Positions 63,264 through 64,000 of a stretch of 64,000 nt of DNA are shown here, one piece after another. Made by a program: the position numbers and the translations under genes. Below the pieces are notes generated by a model. It saw only the letters and a list, made by a program, of their open reading frames with translations. It had not been told where the DNA came from and did no database searches. Position 1 is the first letter of the stretch. Each line of letters starts with the position of its first letter. The DNA comes from Pelomyxa schiedti (Eukaryota; Protista; Evosea): assembly GCA_020536535.1 (NCBI GenBank), contig JAHLWZ010000714.1, forward strand, positions 42,167 through 106,166, read 5' to 3'.

Positions 63264-64000
63264 CCGTTGACCGCCTTGTACTGAGTGATACCGATTGCTT
63301 GGTGAATGGGCGGCCTGGCAGCGCGGTCTTTGTTCTGGACTCTGAGAGTCCCTGTGAGAGGAGGAGACTGCTGTGGGCGCAGGGTATCGACACATTCGTT
63401 AACGAGAAGTGGGCTGTTGTCTGCAAAGCCTACGGGAGCAATCTGGCGGTTATAAACCTGGCTGAGAATTCCGGGAGTGAGCAAGATGTGCAAGTGAACT
63501 GGTTGTCGGCTGATGAGCAACTTGATTACCACCTAGTGGAGTGTACTGGGGTGTTGCTCAACAAGAGCAGAGTTGATGAGGCTGTGGTGGAGTATGGGAC
63601 TCAGCAACACCTCTTTCTCATGGTGATAGATTTGGGTAAATCACACGCCCTGAATCAACTGGTTGTCCGCCACTTTTTTATTGTGTGAGCTCATTTAGGT
63701 CAGGGATTGTGATGACGAAGTCTGCAACTGGCCAGCGCGTTGTGTTTGTTGAAATGCGTTCTCTTGAATCAGTATCTGTGTTTGAGTTCCTGGTGAAGGA
63801 TGGAAATGACACACTCAGGCCCATATCCAGTCTCGCATCCAGGGTGTCTCAGTTGAGTTCATCACTGTTTTGCATCTCAAAGTCAGACGCCTCAGTTGAA
63901 GTCTGGGACTGCAACAACACATCAGCCCCACTGCGGGTACTGAAATCAAGGTACCCCTCTGTGATTGCTGATTCAGGGTTCCTGTTCCACCTCGTCGACG
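63264..64000 (+). pseudogene. Near-identical duplicate of paralogue A with a frameshift
   Basis: Colinear with 58247-59000 apart from scattered SNPs and a net 16-nt deletion near 63679 that gives a premature TGA at 63686-63688. Confidence 0.75.

Overview
Gene-dense eukaryotic (protist) genomic DNA with the standard genetic code. It has many short (~40-55 nt) GT-AG introns, GC-rich first exons and four 100-N scaffold gaps. The gene families recall an anaerobic amoebozoan such as Pelomyxa (from memory, not verified). Housekeeping genes rebuilt by manual splicing: PP2C-like protein, Trk/HKT K+ transporter, Fe-containing alcohol dehydrogenase, TOR kinase, PTAR1, PWP1, CUE protein, TSG101/Vps23, GH13 alpha-glucosidase, vWA protein, PH-like/SHOCT protein, S10 carboxypeptidase, PAP2/IPC-synthase-like protein and an RNI-like LRR protein. 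An accessory island (~32.1-43.6 kb) holds a two-gene IS630/Tc1 transposon: an intron-containing DD34E transposase and a convergent Cys-rich cargo gene with an in-frame TGA, between 81-bp inverted repeats. The island also holds related palindromic MITE-like repeats, an orphan P-loop NTPase gene, a tRNA-derived Pol III-like element and three 85-bp fixed-spacing noncoding modules. A ~155-nt rod-shaped candidate ncRNA lies at 8.5-8.7 kb. The last 6 kb is a cluster of intronless paralogues sharing an 'RCGA(R/H)SPAR' N-terminal motif, including pseudogenes.
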